A stretch of 63,430 nucleotides of DNA, filler included, from Octopus bimaculoides (Eukaryota), in the NCBI RefSeq assembly GCF_001194135.2. It is 5 parts of 5 records of this genome, joined end to end, with 100 filler letters (N's around TTAATTAATTAA, not from the genome) between each part and the next. Parts side by side here need not be neighbours in the genome. Positions count along the whole stretch, not along the records: positions 10,805 to 32,250 come from NC_068984.1; 4 more parts are not named here. The stretch is one strand, 5' to 3'. The position numbers were made by a program, and so were the translations under genes. The notes beneath the pieces are model-generated. The model did no database searches, was not told the DNA's origin, and saw only the letters and a list, made by a program, of their open reading frames with translations. Shown one piece after another: positions 12,538-23,340 of this stretch; position 1 is the first letter of the stretch, and the number at the start of each line of letters is the position of its first letter.

Positions 12538-12560
12538 CATTATTATTATTATTATTATTA
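12170..12560. repeat. (TTA)n microsatellite spanning a gap
   Basis: Direct inspection. Confidence 0.95.
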
Positions 12561-12561
12561 A

Positions 12562-12680
12562 AGCGGCGAGCTGTCAGGATCGTTAGCACGCCGGGCAAAA
12601 TGCTTAGCGATATTTCGTCTGACGTTGCATTCTGAATTCAAATGTCGCCGAGGTCGACTTTACCTTTTATCCTTTTGAAT
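12562..12680 (+). mobile_element. SINE family B, 5' part
   Basis: GCGGCGAGCT...CGTTAGCACGCCGGGC...TTCAAAT..CGCCGAGGTCGACTTT as at 49180-49397. Further degenerate minus-strand copies lie at about 12860-13050 and 13090-13280. Confidence 0.75.
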
Positions 12681-13759
12681 GTAATCGAGTAGCTCCCACC
12701 CAAACATTTCAGGCCTTTTGCAAAGTTGATATCAACTAGATTTGAATTCTGCACAAACAGTATTTGTCTGTTGTTCTAATGATTCTGCCATTCTGCTATA
12801 GTAATGATGATGACGCTAATAGTGATCGCAGTGGTGATGGTAAAGTCTACATTGATATTAGATTTAATTTCTTAGCACAAGGCTAGCAATTTCGGGGGAG
12901 TGGGGATAGCCGATTACAATGACCCCAGTCAACAACTGCTACTTATTTATCGTAAAGATGAAAGCAAATTCGACCTCGGTGGAATTTGAGCTCAGGGTGA
13001 CAAACGAAATGCCGATAAGCATTTTGCCCGGTGCAGTAATGATTTTGCCAGCTCGCTGCCTCAGATTACATAAATATCGTTTTCAAATTTTGACACAAGG
13101 CCAGTAAGCTCTGTGGAGGGTTATGTAATTACATCGACACCATTGTTCAACTGGTACTTATTTTATCGACCCCGAAACGATGAAAGGCAAAGTCAACGGA
13201 ATTTGAACTCGGAACGTAAGGGCGTACGAAATGCGGCAAAGCATTTTTTCCGGCGTGGTAACGAATTTGCCAGCTCACCACTTTATAGATTACATTGATA
13301 TTAGAAATTGATCAATATTAAAGAAACCATAGAAGTCGTAATATGCTGCGCGAGAAATTGTAATCAATTACGAAAGGACGACTGCGATATTAAAAATCAT
13401 GCTGATGGTGATGACCATGATGATGATGTTGATGACAATGATGTTGATATTAATGATGAATTGGGAATCAAATCAAATCAAACTTTCCAACAAAATGGAA
13501 TTTGTAATTGGGTTTTGAAACCGGAGAACTAACACGTGAAATAAAATTAAATTTTCTGTACCAAAGGCTGATGTATCATGAATGTCATGGTTGGTGTGAT
13601 ATTTAAAGAGGAAACAATTACCTTATATATTTAAATGGTGACCCAAATTTTATACTTTTACATTTTATTTTTAAATTAATAACTAACAAATGGAAGATTG
13701 TTTATAATATAAACATAGAGAGGAAATACATTGGTGAATCTGTCGATAAGACTAAGTGG

Positions 13760-14310
13760 AGTGTGTATGTGTGTGTGTATGTGTGCATATTTGTATGACT
13801 ATGTGTTTGTATTTGTATGTGTGTGTGTATGTGTGTGATAGAGCTTGGTGCTCGTGTGTGTTTGCGACGTGCGTGCATCTGTGCAGTGTGTGTCTATGTG
13901 TGTGCGGTGTGTGTCTATGTGTGTGCGGTGTGTGACTATGTGTGTGTGCGGTGTGTGTCTATGTGTGTGCGGTGTGTGTCTATGTGTGTGCGGTGTGTTA
14001 TATATGTGCGTTTCTATACACAAAGAGAACACAGTAGATAGCTCAAAAGAACGATGCAAATGTAACTCTGTCTCTATCGCACTTTACACTCACGTACACA
14101 TGCATGTACATACACATGTACATGTGCATACACACATGTACATACACACACACACATACGCAAACACATAGCTATGTATATCTATTAATTTATTTCTATG
14201 TGCGTGTGTTAATTTGTATGTGTGTGTCAGTCTGCCAGTCTATCTATTTAAATGCATGTATGTATCTATATATATATATATATGTGCGTGTGTGTGTGTG
14301 TGTTTGTGTA
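13760..14310. repeat. GT-rich minisatellite (about 20-bp GTGTGTGTCTATGTGTGTGC units) and CA/TA microsatellites
   Basis: Direct inspection. Confidence 0.85.
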
Positions 14311-14505
14311 GATATATAGAACAAGACCAGTTCTTAAACACGTTTCACTCTGAGAAACATCTCGCTGTTGGTTTCCCCATCGCTGAGATGTCTCATACAT
14401 ACACACATACATACATTTCAATTTCTGTCTATATAATCCACCCACGAGGCTCCGGTCGGCTCGAGGCTATATCAGAAAATATTTTCCCAAGGAAGCACTC
14501 ATCCG

Positions 14506-14692
14506 TGGACTTTTCCAGGAATTCCTTTGATTTTTCCAAGAATCCCTTGGAATTTTCCAGGAAGTCCTGATGCCGGAAGTGTTTGTGAACAGGAAGTCAT
14601 CGACCCGAAAACTCTCGAATTTTCCAGGAAACCCCATTCTTGGACTTTTCCAGCAAATCCTTGGACTTCTCCAGGAAATCGTTGGATTTCCT
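14506..14692. repeat. degenerate 21-bp tandem repeat TGGAMTTTTCCAGGAAWTCCT (about 7 units)
   Basis: Units at 14506, 14527, 14548, about 14615, 14641, 14662 and a partial unit at 14683. Confidence 0.75.
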
Positions 14693-14694
14693 TG

Positions 14695-15156
14695 AGTTGT
14701 GTTTATTGACTATCTTCAAAATGATCACAACATTAATGGAGAGTTGTATGCTAACTTACTAAAGTAGTTACGATAAGCTATCAAAACCAGAAACCCAGAA
14801 AAACTGATGAAGGGCGCCTTGTTTCAATTTCTGTTCGCGTGACTGGCTTGAACTGGTTGATCACCCACCCTATTTTAATGATTTGTTTCCATATGACTAT
14901 CGTCTGTTTCTCAACACTAAAAAACACTTGGTTAGGCAGCAGTATCGATGTGGTGATGACGTCTTATCTACGTCTTATTTACTGTCTTATCTATTTGACC
15001 AACAGGGTAGCTTCTTCACCAATCCGATCCAAGCACTGCAACACTAATGCAAGTGTGTAGACAGCAAGAGGAACTATGTTAAAAAATGAACTGCACTTGG
15101 TCACATTCCACGAGTGTGTCTTGCTCAGGCTATGAATATCTCAGCCTAGCCTCATA
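14695..15156 (+). mobile_element. mariner transposon relic, 3' half with right TIR
   Basis: The translation VFIDYLQNDHNINGELYANLLK*LR*AIKTRNPEKLMKGALF and GLELVDHPPY..DL.PYDY.LF fits the mariner DD34D region. It ends GCTATGAATATCTCAGCCTAGCCTCA-TA. Confidence 0.8.
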
Positions 15157-15277
15157 ATAATAAAAATTATTATAAAACCTGCATTTGTATTGATTTTAAC
15201 AGAAAAAAATCTACCTTTTTCGCCAAAATGCTTTGAATCTGGGTTTGCAACCCCTAAGAAAATTTCGTTCCCGAGCC

Positions 15278-15356
<79 letters not shown>

Positions 15357-15739
15357 ATGTATGTATTTATGCATGTATGTATTTATACATGTATGTATTT
15401 ATGCATGTATGTATTTATGCATGTATGTATTTCATTACATTTATATTTTATACATGGCCTATAATTCGGAATACGAAGATAGAGTTGACAGCCTGTTCTG
15501 TGCATTAATGAATTATATGAGCGTATATATATGCATATGTGTATGCGCGCGCGCGTTTGTATGTGTGTGAATTTGTAGAATAAGATGTAGATCCAAAAGA
15601 ATCGTGTGGCTATCACAGAAAGCTCCTCTAACGAACACTGTTATCAGACCACTTAGCAATGTAATACAGAGAAGTGTAATGCAGTGTCCATGCAGCTGAA
15701 ATTCAGAAGATTCGATCTATAAAATTACTTTATGTGGAA

Positions 15740-16145
15740 TATATAAACCATAAAATGTCAGGAGGTATTAGAGATGAATGTATTTAATTAACCACTTGAC
15801 ATCCTTGTGTTTACAGCCGTTTCGCAGCCTTTTTCATGTACAAATATATATAGTGTGCAATAAAATTGTTTACAAGTTTGCATTGATGTGCTTGTTCTGC
15901 ATTATGCAATACAATTGTACATTCACAACAAAGGCACATAAAGAAAACTAGCTAACCAGATCACCAGAACATCATGGTTACACCAAAGGATTGAATCGTT
16001 GGTGTGACCATCAGGCTCTGGTGATTTGATGAACTAGTTTTCTTTATATCAAGAAGACTGCAAAACGGCTATAATCTTATGGATGTTAAGCAATTCAATA
16101 AACATATTCATCTCCATTACCTCCTGAAATTTTATTATTTATATG
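15740..16145. mobile_element. palindromic element with about 85-bp imperfect inverted arms and a central 110-nt hairpin (possibly Penelope-derived)
   Basis: 15740-15829 pairs with 16058-16145. 15938-16047 folds on itself. Confidence 0.55.
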
Positions 16146-16165
16146 TGCCTGTACGAATTGCCGGT

Positions 16166-16530
16166 TTGGCTATGTGGCAAGAAGTTTCCTTCCCAATTAC
16201 ATGGATCCGGGTTCAGTGCCGCTGGGTTTACTTTAGCCTAGTGGCTTCCACTATAGGCCCGGGGCGACAAAAGCCTTGTGGATTCGGTATACAGAAATGA
16301 TTGAAGCCCATTTTATATGTTTATCTGTGTGTCTTTATGTTTGTGTTTGTCACGCAACATCTCTTGACAATCGTTATTGGTTTCTTTACGTCCCCGTAAA
16401 TTAGTGGCTCGGCAAAAAGAGATTATACAATAAATAGCAGACTTTATGAATAAATACTGGGATCGATTTGTTCAACCAAAACTTTCAATGCTGTGCCACA
16501 GCATGGTTGCAGTCTAACAAGTAAAAAATA
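16166..16530 (+). mobile_element. SINE family A, diverged copy
   Basis: Collinear with 56536-56906. Confidence 0.75.
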
Positions 16531-16693
16531 CTTATATCTCTATCTATCTAGCTGGCTCTGTATTACATTGCTAAGTGGTCTGATAACAGTGTTCGTTAGA
16601 GGAGCTTTCTGTGATAGCCACATGATTCTTTGAATCTACATCTTATTCTACAAATTCACACACATACAAACGCGCGCGCATACATATATGCTT

Positions 16694-16737
<44 letters not shown>

Positions 16738-16739
16738 CA

Positions 16740-16773
<34 letters not shown>

Positions 16774-16848
16774 CACACACACAAAAATACACACACTAAA
16801 ACTTTCAATGTAGTCTAACAAAAGATACTTATCTAAATCTTTATTTAC

Positions 16849-16884
<36 letters not shown>

Positions 16885-17184
16885 NNNNNNNNNNCCAAGA
16901 TAGATAGAAAGATAGATAGATACATGCATACATACATACATACATACATACATACAAACATACATGCATACATACACACGCAAGCACACACACATACGCA
17001 TACCTTAATTATACTACCAATGACCCCAAGATATAAGCGATTCACAAGCAACAAGAATTTTAGCCATACATTTCCATCATCTGCTGCCTAGCAGATATCA
17101 CTATGGTTTTGACACCTGTGAGACAGAGAGGGATGAGAGAGTGAAATAGTGAGAGAGTGAAATAGTGAGAGAGTGATGTCGACT

Positions 17185-17336
17185 CTTCTGTAATAGTCAA
17201 CCTTGACTACGACGAAACTTGAACCCAGGCAGAAAGGCAAAGTCGACATCAACGGAGTTTGAACACAGAACGTAAAGACGCGCGAAATACCGCTAAACAT
17301 TTTGCCGTGCGCTAACGATTCTGTCATTTCGCCGCC

Positions 17337-17340
<4 letters not shown>
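17185..17340 (-). mobile_element. SINE family B copy followed by (AAT)n
   Basis: Matches 49250-49397. Confidence 0.7.
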
Positions 17341-17406
<66 letters not shown>

Positions 17407-17471
17407 TGATGATGAAAGTAATAATAATGATGATGTTGATGATTTTATTTTTTATGTGTTTATCTTTTCAG

Positions 17472-17849
17472 GTTCATACTGCTATTCGACAGAACTTCAA
17501 TCGTTTCCTGGAGCGGCGTCGACTAAATTTGAGTCTTCGATCGCAAACAGAGCAGACGTTCACAAATCGCCGGAAGAGATCGTTCACATCGATGAATCCC
17601 TGCCATTCGTATGACACGGAAGTCACTTCCCAATTGCAAGAGGCACACCAATTCGTGAGTCCACAGCAGATTTGCACTTCCTCTTTGCGGTCGGATAAAT
17701 CCCGTAACGGACTTTACGAATCAGAATGCCGAGGACAGAAAAACTCTGTAAGACAAGATTGTGTGTCGTTGATTGACGGAAATGCTTTCCCTTCAGAGAG
17801 TATCCCGCTGAGCAGGATCCTGGAAACAGAGAACTGTAGTGAACTCTGA
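17472..17849 (+). CDS. class B1 GPCR terminal exon (helix 8 plus C-tail, VHTAIRQNFNRFLERRR...ETENCSEL*)
   Basis: Acceptor tttatcttttcag in phase 0 joins LHVE to VHTAIRQNF, matching the E-V-x-x-x-I-R helix 8 of class B GPCRs. Open for 125 codons to TGA. Confidence 0.88.
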   Translation, partial: VHTAIRQNFNRFLERRRLNLSLRSQTEQTFTNRRKRSFTSMNPCHSYDTEVTSQLQEAHQFVSPQQICTSSLRSDKSRNGLYESECRGQKNSVRQDCVSLIDGNAFPSESIPLSRILETENCSEL

Positions 17850-18943
17850 CGAAATAAAGAGGAGGAGAAAGCAGTATTTTCATTTGACAAGAAATGTTAA
17901 GGTGTCAATGAGAATATTATACATCATAGCTAGGCTGTTGACTTATACAGACGAACATACTGTCACTATTAGAGTTTTGAATGTGAGATAATTGAATATA
18001 CGCTTTAAAGTATGTGCGTAAAAAAGGAATAAAAAGAGATGAGAAAGAGGGGAAGAATACTGGTGTATTCATTAGTTTGTGTGTGTGTGTATGCCTGAGT
18101 ATTTGCATGTGTGTGTAATTGTGTGTGCGCGCACGCGTGTGTGTGGTCACTAGGACATAATGATGAAATATATTTAATCTCATGTAGGTGATCGATGGAG
18201 TGACAGAAACGTCTGTGCGCCGGACCAAATACCATGGAATACTTAGTTACCTCCCTTAATTTTCTGATTCCAGTCCCAATATTTGAGTCAATCTTCTAGG
18301 TGTCAGTCACAAACAGAGAAACCTATGAAATCAACAGTATCCTTAGCTCTATAAATTTGACCAAATGTCCGAATTAAAAATAAATATTTTAAACGTAGTA
18401 AGTCATATATTTGCTTGAAAGAAATTATGTTTGCGATTCTGTGTCTATCTGTTTATATGGCGAGGGGATATATGTTTGGGCATGCGTATGTAAAATTAAT
18501 CCGTCGCTTAGCGCGGAATTCACTCTCTTGTAAGCATTCGAGACGTGTTTCCTATTTCAGGATAACTCCTTTCCATCCTCTCACCAAGTCTCGGATACCT
18601 GAAAAAGAGCCAAGGATGCTAAATTTCCTCTTGTGATTGGAGTCATGAAATAAAAAGGTTTAAAGAAAACTAGGACTTTTGATTCATGTATCAGGGCTCA
18701 TACATTTCCATTCATTCAGATGAGACCTTAAATCTTAAGGTTGTAGGAAGGAAAACAGTACCGAGAATAGGACCATAATCTTTCGCTAAAACCAAAAGAT
18801 ATTACGAAAATTATGAAATGTTTAAACTATTTTCTGTATTATTATTCTGTAACCACAGCACGTACGTACATTTGCTTATTTATACACATACGCCTATATA
18901 CAGATAAAAACATAGGACTAATTCTATTGATAAAACACATTAT

Positions 18944-18993
<50 letters not shown>

Positions 18994-19763
18994 TTATAGA
19001 CACTTATGTGCAAATACTAGCAAATATAGGCAGTGAATGTATATACAAATATATACACATATACATACATATATATTCTAATATACATGTATATGTATAC
19101 ATAATTGTACATATACGTACATATTTAATATATGTGCATGTGTATATAAGCATAGATATAATGTATATATATCACATACACAATTATATGTATATATGTA
19201 TATATGTACGTATATGCGTGTGTGAGTATAAATATATAAATATAAACATAAATGCGAACACATACATACATACATACATACATACGTATATACATACATA
19301 CGTGCATGCATACACGCATACATACATACATACATTCATACATACATACATACATATACACATACATACATACATACATACATACATACATACATACATA
19401 CATACATACATACATACATACATACATGATCTTCATACCTCGATCCGTCATGTTCATCTTTCATCTTCAGATGCTATAAAAATGTTAGTTTTCTTTCTTT
19501 ACTATATTTTGTAATTACAATTTTGGTTTTGTTATTTTTATTGTTTTTCTTTCTCAATAAACATTTTTTTTTTCTGTCTAGCTTTGTAGCTTAGAAATAA
19601 ACATCGTCAAAATCGAGTACACAAGCCAGTTTCGAACTCTCCTTGGTATCATTTATTTCATTTGCATTTTTATTTATTACAAAATAATTATTACATTTAT
19701 ATTTGAGGGTCTTCTAATTGATTTTGGAAAATCCATGAATGCAGCTGCATTACATTCTTCACG

Positions 19764-20330
19764 GGAGGTGCAATGGCCCAGTGGTTAGGGCAGCGGACTC
19801 GCGGTCATAGGATCGCGGTTTCGATTCCCAGACCGGGCGTTGTGTGTGTTTATTGAGCGAAAACACCTAAAGCTCCACGAGGCTCCGGCAGGGGATGATG
19901 GCGAACCCTGCTGTACTCTTTCACCACAACTTTCTCTCACTCTTACTTTCTGTTGTGCCTGTAATTCAAAGGGTCAGCCTTGTCACACTGTGTCACGCCG
20001 AATATCCCCCGAGAACTACGTTAAGGGTACACGTGTCTGTGGAGTGCTCAGCCACTTGCACGTTAATTTCACGAGCAGGCTGTTCCGTTGATCGGATCAA
20101 CNNNNNNNNNNTTCACCACAACTTTCTCTCACTCTTACTTTCTGTTGTGCCTGTAATTCAAAGGGTCAGCCTTGTCACACTGTGTCACGCCGAATATCCC
20201 CCGAGAACTACGTTAAGGGTACACGTGTCTGTGGAGTGCTCAGCCACTTGCACGTTAATTTCACGAGCAGGCTGTTCCGTTGATCGGATCAACTGGAACC
20301 CTCGACGTCGTAAGCGACGGAGTGCCAACA
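19764..20330 (+). mobile_element. full-length tRNA(Arg)-like SINE (family C) with 12-bp target-site duplication
   Basis: A-box TGGCCCAGTGG and B-box GTTTCGATTCC. TSD ACATTCTTCACG at 19752-19763 and 20331-20342. An internal 180-bp duplication across a 10-N gap is probably an assembly overlap. Confidence 0.85.
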
Positions 20331-20782
20331 ACATTCTTCACGCTTTCTCACATCTTTCTTCCTGTCTTTCTCCGTCACTCTCTCTCTCTCTCTCCCCACC
20401 CTCTCTCTCTCTCTCTCCTGGAGTACTGGGTTTGTCGCTTTCTGCTTAATGTTATGTTCTTTTTTTCTGTTACTCTAATATAGATGTCTTTCTATTTTGT
20501 ACTAGTATAACACTAACAATACATTTAATAAGTATAGAAGCCAACAAGCAAGCCTACCCGTTAACGATGTACATCCCACTACCTCAACCACGTCAAAATT
20601 CTACCTATATCGATTTTTTAAAACCATCTGGTTATAAAATTTTAAGAACCTGCTCGAAAACTCATTACGAAACAGTAAAAAAAACCTTTAGGCCAAAACA
20701 GTAGTTAATCCAACCATCTATTGCAGTCATATATGCCATTAATAAGATGAGTGGCCACGGCGAAAACAATTTTGATCATAGG

Positions 20783-20948
20783 CGCAACCGTAGTAGTGTG
20801 ACAAGAAGTTTGATTCCCAACCACATGGTTCCGGATTTAATCCTACTGCGTGCTTCCTTGGACAAATATCTTCTACTATAGCCTCGGACCGACCAGAGCC
20901 TTGTAAGTGGATTTTATAAGCGGAAACTGAGAGGAAAAACGTCATATA

Positions 20949-21014
<66 letters not shown>

Positions 21015-21205
21015 AGCACCTCTTGATAACAAGTTAGTGTGTTTACGTCCCCGTAACATAGTGGTTAGGCAAAAGAAACCGATAAGAAAAGTACCAAGCT
21101 TTAAAAAATATAAGTACTGGGGCAGATTTGTTCCACCAAAAATTCTTCAAAGCATTGCCCCAACATGACTGCATTCTAATGACTGAAATAAGTAAAAATA
21201 AAGGA
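20783..21205 (+). mobile_element. SINE family A with internal (GT)n
   Basis: Collinear with 56536-56906. Confidence 0.75.
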
Positions 21206-21983
21206 TAGGCTTTCTGGATCCGAGCTGATATGACGCCTTCCGAACATTATTGCGTTCATGTTACTATTCTTGTATGCAAAAATAGCAGCACGAACGCAAT
21301 AATGTTAAGTAAACGCCAGGCCTGGCAGAAACTTTGAGCCTGTAAGTACTTAAGTTTCTCCCCTATATTTTTAAAATTCTGAACTAATTCCTGACCCTCG
21401 GATTCTTTCATGAAATTCTACTGTGTCGCAAGCATTTGGGCCATGGCTCACGAAAAACAACGATACCTCATGTTTTCTTTATCCATTCATATCACAAATC
21501 TCGGTGGTTCACAAAGCAATCTTGTATACTGTCTGTTCTGTTCATTTCCCTTCATTTCAATATCCCTCCAGAGTCCATAAAATACATACCAGTTTCCCTA
21601 AAAGTTAGCGATTTGTGCTCATGTGAAAAGTTTTTATTACTGCTTAGTTATTGTTGCTATTGCTACTGCAGGTGCTGCTGCTTGTGCCAATGCGAGAACC
21701 CATTATATTTTGATGCATATATTATTCCTACTTCTTACTGAAGTAACTACACCTATTACTATCCTTCTATATGATTCATATTTATAGAAAACGGCATTGA
21801 AACAGCGAATGTTACATGCTATGATCATTAACATTGTGCAGCTTGTCATATAGATGCACACCAGCGAATTCACGCACATATGCAAGCATACCTATATACC
21901 TACATCTGTATATATATATATATATATATAGACGTACTGCTAAAAAGTCACGTGTGTGTGCGCAGCGTTACTAAATAAATATA

Positions 21984-22690
21984 AAAATGCATTGTAAATA
22001 AACACCGACAAAAAAAAACAAAAACGTACCCGTCTATTGAAGGTACAACCGGATGGGAGACAGACACGTTCTTTATCACTTATCATTAACAGTGCGAAAC
22101 TGAGTATTACCGGTTTGGTTGATAACTGATGAAGAATTAGGGACCCTCTGTGTCTGTCTCCCATCTAGTTGTACCCTCCATATACGTATATGTTTTTTTT
22201 ATCTATCGTTGTTTATTTACAGTGCATTTTTTTCATTTATTAAGTAACAGTTCGCACACACACCCGACTTCTTTAACAGTAAGTTTATATATATATATGA
22301 CCTCTGGCCAGCTTTCCTAATTCCTCTCCCTTTTTCAAACCGGCCACCCAGTCATTCGGTCGCAAAAAATTTCTCTCTTGCTACTTCCATATCCTTTAGA
22401 ATTTCTTCTAAGTGTCTTTGTCCATCGTCTTAAATTACATTTTTTAACTTTCGTGTCTCCACTCTATGTTGTTTTGTTTGCTTGAGGCCCGCCGTTCTCT
22501 ACGACTTTCGCAGGCACCAATATGGAAAGTTCTCAGTTTTAGCATTAATGATGCGAAACTTAGTATTACCATTTTGGATGATAACTGATGAAGAATTAAG
22601 GACCCTCTGTGTCTGTCTTCTCTCCGGTTGTACCCTCAATATACGTATACGTTTTTTACCTGTCGTAATTACAATGCATTTTTTCATATA
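21984..22690. repeat. repeat unit present as one inverted (21984-22075) and two direct copies (about 22086-22235 and 22541-22690)
   Basis: Shared GTGTCTGTCTCCCATC..GTTGTACC..CA.TATACGT...ACAATGCATTTTT block. Confidence 0.7.
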
Positions 22691-22774
22691 TATATATATA
22701 ATATATATATATATATATAATATATATATATATGTGTGTGTGTGTATGTATGTATGTATGTATGTATGTGGTTG

Positions 22775-22924
22775 GTCTTAGGAAGGGCATCGAGCTGTAA
22801 AATTCCTACTAAAACAGTCACAGAAGTCTGGTGCAGGCTTCGGCCTGGCCGGCTGTTGTGAAGCCGTCCCACCCATGCTAGCATGGAAGGCGGACGTTAA
22901 ACGACGACGACGATGATGATGATA
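22775..22924 (+). mobile_element. short 3' end of RTE family B
   Basis: TTAGGAAGGGCATC...CCATGCTAGCATGGAAGGCGGACGTTAAACGACGACGATGATG. Confidence 0.75.
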
Positions 22925-22985
22925 TATATATATATATGACACATATATACATATATATATATATTTATGCATTTATATATATTAG

Positions 22986-23047
<62 letters not shown>

Positions 23048-23134
23048 ATACATATATATATATATATATATGCATTTATACGTACTCAAACATACATTTA
23101 TTAATATGTAATATAAATAAAGCAATAAGCTAAC

Positions 23135-23340
23135 AGAAACGTTAGCACGCCGGGCGAAATACTTAGCGGTATTTCGTCTGTCTTCGTGTTCTGGGCTCAA
23201 ATTCCGCCGAGGTCGACTTTGCCTTTCATCCTTTCGGAGTAGTCGATAAATTAAGTACCAGTTGCGTACTGGAGGGTCGATCTAATCGACTGGCCTCTCC
23301 CACAAAACTTCGGGCCTTGTGCCTAGAGTAGAAAAGAATA
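23135..23340 (+). mobile_element. SINE family B
   Basis: GTTAGCACGCCGGGCGAAAT...TCAAATTCCGCCGAGGTCGACTTTGCCTTTCATCCTTTCGG. Confidence 0.8.

Larger units (their letters stand above)
15533..16691. repeat. about 140-bp near-perfect inverted repeat (arms 15533-15671 and 16556-16691)
   Basis: The arms are reverse complements with only a few mismatches on inspection. Confidence 0.9.

Noticed and set aside
17403-17471. N-terminal MMMMKVIIMMM part of ORF 17403-17849
   Set aside because: It is intronic microsatellite and polypyrimidine tract; the real exon starts at 17472.
19764-19840. tRNA gene
   Set aside because: It lacks a proper acceptor stem, continues into a repeat body and is flanked by a TSD, so it is a SINE head.
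22090-22140. Type II hammerhead (GAAAC...GTA...CTGATGA)
   Set aside because: Stem II cannot be formed and stem I has a mismatch in both copies.
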